Of a stretch of 64,000 nt of DNA, positions 61,574-64,000 are shown piece by piece (position 1 is the stretch's first letter; each line of letters starts with the position of its first letter). The notes under the pieces were generated by a model. It did not search any database, was not told where the DNA came from, and worked only from the letters and a program-made list of their open reading frames with translations. Both the position numbers and the translations under genes were made by a program. Origin of the DNA: Clostridia bacterium (GTDB lineage Bacteria; Bacillota; Clostridia; Oscillospirales; Acutalibacteraceae). The DNA lies in the NCBI GenBank assembly GCA_017450005.1, contig JAFSYM010000146.1, positions 2,811 to 66,810 on the forward strand, in the 5' to 3' direction.

Positions 61574-64000
61574 ATGAGAAAGACCCTATCTGTATTTTTG
61601 GCGATCGTTATGTGCATGAGCGCCTGTTCGGTCGGTTGGACGGCTTTCGCCGCACAGGTTCGACGGGCGGAAAAAACCACGCTGATCGTGGAGTTCGACG
61701 GCGACGCCGGACAAGGCGGCGTTGCGGCGCAGTCGGAGGCGACGCGCCGGACGCTGCACGCGATGCAGGAAGCCGCGCACGGCGCCGAACCGGTCTATAC
61801 ATACAGCCGCGTACTCAATGCCGTTGCGATTGAAACGGCGGCGGGAGACGCAGACACAATCGCGCAGCTCGACGGGGTTCAGGCAGTCTACGACGTCGGC
61901 GGCGTCAAGCCTGCGGTCGAGGCGCCCCCGAAGGACAGCATGATTTCGTCGGGCGATATGATCGGCGTCGACGCGCTGCACGAGCAGGGGATCGACGGCA
62001 CCGGTACGGCGATCGCCGTGATCGACGGGGGACTGCAGTGGAATCATCCGGCGATGACGCTCAGCGATCCGGCATCGGCAAAGTATTCCAAGGAAGACAT
62101 TGCCGCTGTGCTGCGCGATAACAAAATGAACTGTGCCGGCGTCTCGGCCGGCGACGTCTACAAGAGCGCTAAGGTGCCGTTTGCGTTCGACTACTGCGAA
62201 GGCGACACAACCGTCGACGACTATACCCACAGCGATCCAGACCACGGCACGCACGTCAGCGGCATTGCTGCGGGCAACAGCGTAAAACTGCGCGGTGTCG
62301 CGCCCGAGGCGCAGGTGCTGATGTTCAAGGTCGACTTGTATGACGTCGAGACGTTCCTGCCCAATCTTCTTGCGGCGATCGACGACGCGGCCAAGTTCGA
62401 CATTTCCTCGATGAACATGAGCGTCGGCATTGACTTCGAGTCGCGCACCAATCCCGCACATGCGATTTTGAGCAAAGCGATCACGAATGCGCGCAACGCC
62501 GGTATCACGGTCTGTACGGCCGCGGGCAACAGCGGCGTATCGTCGGATAATGTGCTCCGGCCGGACAACGGTACCAACGGCATTCCCAATTCTTTTGCAG
62601 ATGCGATGAGTGTCGCTTCGGTCGACAACGTCAATTTATCCGAGCCGGTTGCATATATGATTCAGTCGCTGACGTATGCCGGCGGCAAACAGGCGGAAGT
62701 GCTCGGCTACACGTCTCTCGGATTTCCGGAGGCAGGCGAGTACATCCCGATCACCGATAAAGGCCCGGTAGCGCCGCTCGACGGCAAGGTTGCGCTTGTG
62801 TACGACCAGCGCGCAAACGCCAAACGCTATCTGCAAAACGCCGGTATCCGCGGCCTGATTATCGCCGAATCTGCGCTCTGGTCGATCTACAACATCCGGG
62901 ACGGTTTCATGGAAGGGTTCGAGATCATTATGATCAGCGACATCGACGCATACCGCCTGTATCACAGCGCGGACAAACACTATGCGCTGACCTACGACCA
63001 TTATTACGCCGAGCCTGCGGACATCCTGCGCGCCAGCAATTTTACGAGCTTCGGTGTGAGCGAGGATCTGAAAATGACGGTCGATCTTGCAGCGCCGGGC
63101 GGCATTATCTACTCGAGCGTGACGGGCGGTCAGTATGACATCTACGACGGTACGTCCATGGCGTCCCCGCATGCCGCGGGCTGCGCTGCGCTGCTCGATC
63201 AGTATTTTACCAAGGCTTATCCGGACGCGACCGGCACAGAGAAGTCCGACCTCAAGGAGACAATTCTCTGTTCCACGGCCGATCCGGTCATGGGCGAAAA
63301 GGCGCCGCTGTCGCCGCGCGCAGTCGGCGCGGGGCTGATCAATCTGCGTGAAGCGACGGCTGCAAAGGCTGTGCTGACCGGCAAGGACGGCAGGACGGCG
63401 CTCAATCTCGGCGACGGGATCGACGACACGTTTACGCTGTCTTTCACCATGCAGAACGTCTCGCGCGAGAGTGTGCGCTACGATACGCTGCAGCTCGACG
63501 TGATTACGGACGATTGTGTGTCGCAGAAGCTGTTTGACGATCGGACGGGTACATACACGACATACACGCGCGTCACGGGACAGAGCGTGCCGCTGTCGTT
63601 CACGATCTCCAAGTCTGACATGCCGCGCAGCATTACGCTGCAGCCGGGTGAGTCGCGTACGGTCACACTGACCGTGCAGCTCGACAAAGAACAGCTCAAA
63701 GAGAACGCCGCCGTATTTGAGAACGGTTTCTATGTGGAAGGGTATGCGTACCTGACGGATTCTTTCACCGGCAATACGCCGCTGAATATTCCGTTCATGG
63801 GATTCAGAGGCGATTGGGAGCGCGTGCCCGCGATCAGCTACGGCGAGATGTATGAGTCGTACTGGGGTATGCTGTACTACATGGGTATCGGCTATTCCGT
63901 GCAGCGCAACCTGCGCTCGCTGGAGTTCGTACTTGAGGACGCCGAAGGCAGGGAATGCGCCGTTTATACCGAGTCGTATGCGAAAAAGGGCGAGCTCTTC
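61574..64000 (+). CDS. secreted S8 (subtilisin/lactocepin-type) serine peptidase, 3' partial (runs off the window)
   Basis: My own translation from ATG 61574 gives signal MRKTLSVFLAIVMCMSACS. Asp AIAVIDGG, His DHGTHVSGIAAGN, Ser GTSMASPHAAG (~63140-63175). The frame is open to nt 64000. The ORF is absent from the track because it has no stop in the window. Confidence 0.85.
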   Translation, partial: MRKTLSVFLAIVMCMSACSVGWTAFAAQVRRAEKTTLIVEFDGDAGQGGVAAQSEATRRTLHAMQEAAHGAEPVYTYSRVLNAVAIETAAGDADTIAQLDGVQAVYDVGGVKPAVEAPPKDSMISSGDMIGVDALHEQGIDGTGTAIAVIDGGLQWNHPAMTLSDPASAKYSKEDIAAVLRDNKMNCAGVSAGDVYKSAKVPFAFDYCEGDTTVDDYTHSDPDHGTHVSGIAAGNSVKLRGVAPEAQVLMFKVDLYDVETFLPNLLAAIDDAAKFDISSMNMSVGIDFESRTNPAHAILSKAITNARNAGITVCTAAGNSGVSSDNVLRPDNGTNGIPNSFADAMSVASVDNVNLSEPVAYMIQSLTYAGGKQAEVLGYTSLGFPEAGEYIPITDKGPVAPLDGKVALVYDQRANAKRYLQNAGIRGLIIAESALWSIYNIRDGFMEGFEIIMISDIDAYRLYHSADKHYALTYDHYYAEPADILRASNFTSFGVSEDLKMTVDLAAPGGIIYSSVTGGQYDIYDGTSMASPHAAGCAALLDQYFTKAYPDATGTEKSDLKETILCSTADPVMGEKAPLSPRAVGAGLINLREATAAKAVLTGKDGRTALNLGDGIDDTFTLSFTMQNVSRESVRYDTLQLDVITDDCVSQKLFDDRTGTYTTYTRVTGQSVPLSFTISKSDMPRSITLQPGESRTVTLTVQLDKEQLKENAAVFENGFYVEGYAYLTDSFTGNTPLNIPFMGFRGDWERVPAISYGEMYESYWGMLYYMGIGYSVQRNLRSLEFVLEDAEGRECAVYTESYAKKGELF

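Overview
High-GC chromosomal segment that reads like a strictly anaerobic Clostridia genome, probably a gut Oscillospiraceae/Ruminococcaceae type. Supporting genes are AddAB, a SpoVB-like flippase, desulfoferrodoxin, cohesin/dockerin domains and an electron-bifurcating [FeFe]-hydrogenase. All family names come from motifs I recognised by eye; no similarity search was run. Coding density is high and I see no rRNA, tRNA, CRISPR array, transposase or phage genes. Main blocks: (1) 4.0-12.4 kb is a HydABC-type [FeFe]-hydrogenase operon with six sensor/regulator-like genes between hydC and hydB. (2) Housekeeping and envelope genes include serS, a two-component system, flotillin, aconitase plus isocitrate dehydrogenase, and addBA. 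(3) Glycan/amino-sugar genes include DUF4091, DUF4838, a GPH transporter, nagA/nagB and a GH38 alpha-mannosidase. (4) Secreted hydrolases include a lipase, a C1 peptidase carrying six Ig-like repeats plus cohesin and dockerin, a metallophosphoesterase and an S8 peptidase. The stand-out object is a 1257-aa surface-anchored protein (36096-39869). Its distal ~626 residues hold about 165 cysteines, all in CxxC pairs and organised in nine ~60-aa units. Seven Ala-rich helical repeats, an Ig-like domain and a C-terminal membrane anchor follow. I do not recognise this as a described family. Two families of structured intergenic repeats also occur. One combines a conserved ~55-nt three-hairpin core with arms built from 7-nt-periodic motifs. 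The other is built on nested inverted repeats containing TGTCATTGCGAG...GCAATCCGT. The many long ORFs antisense to real genes are GC-driven artefacts.
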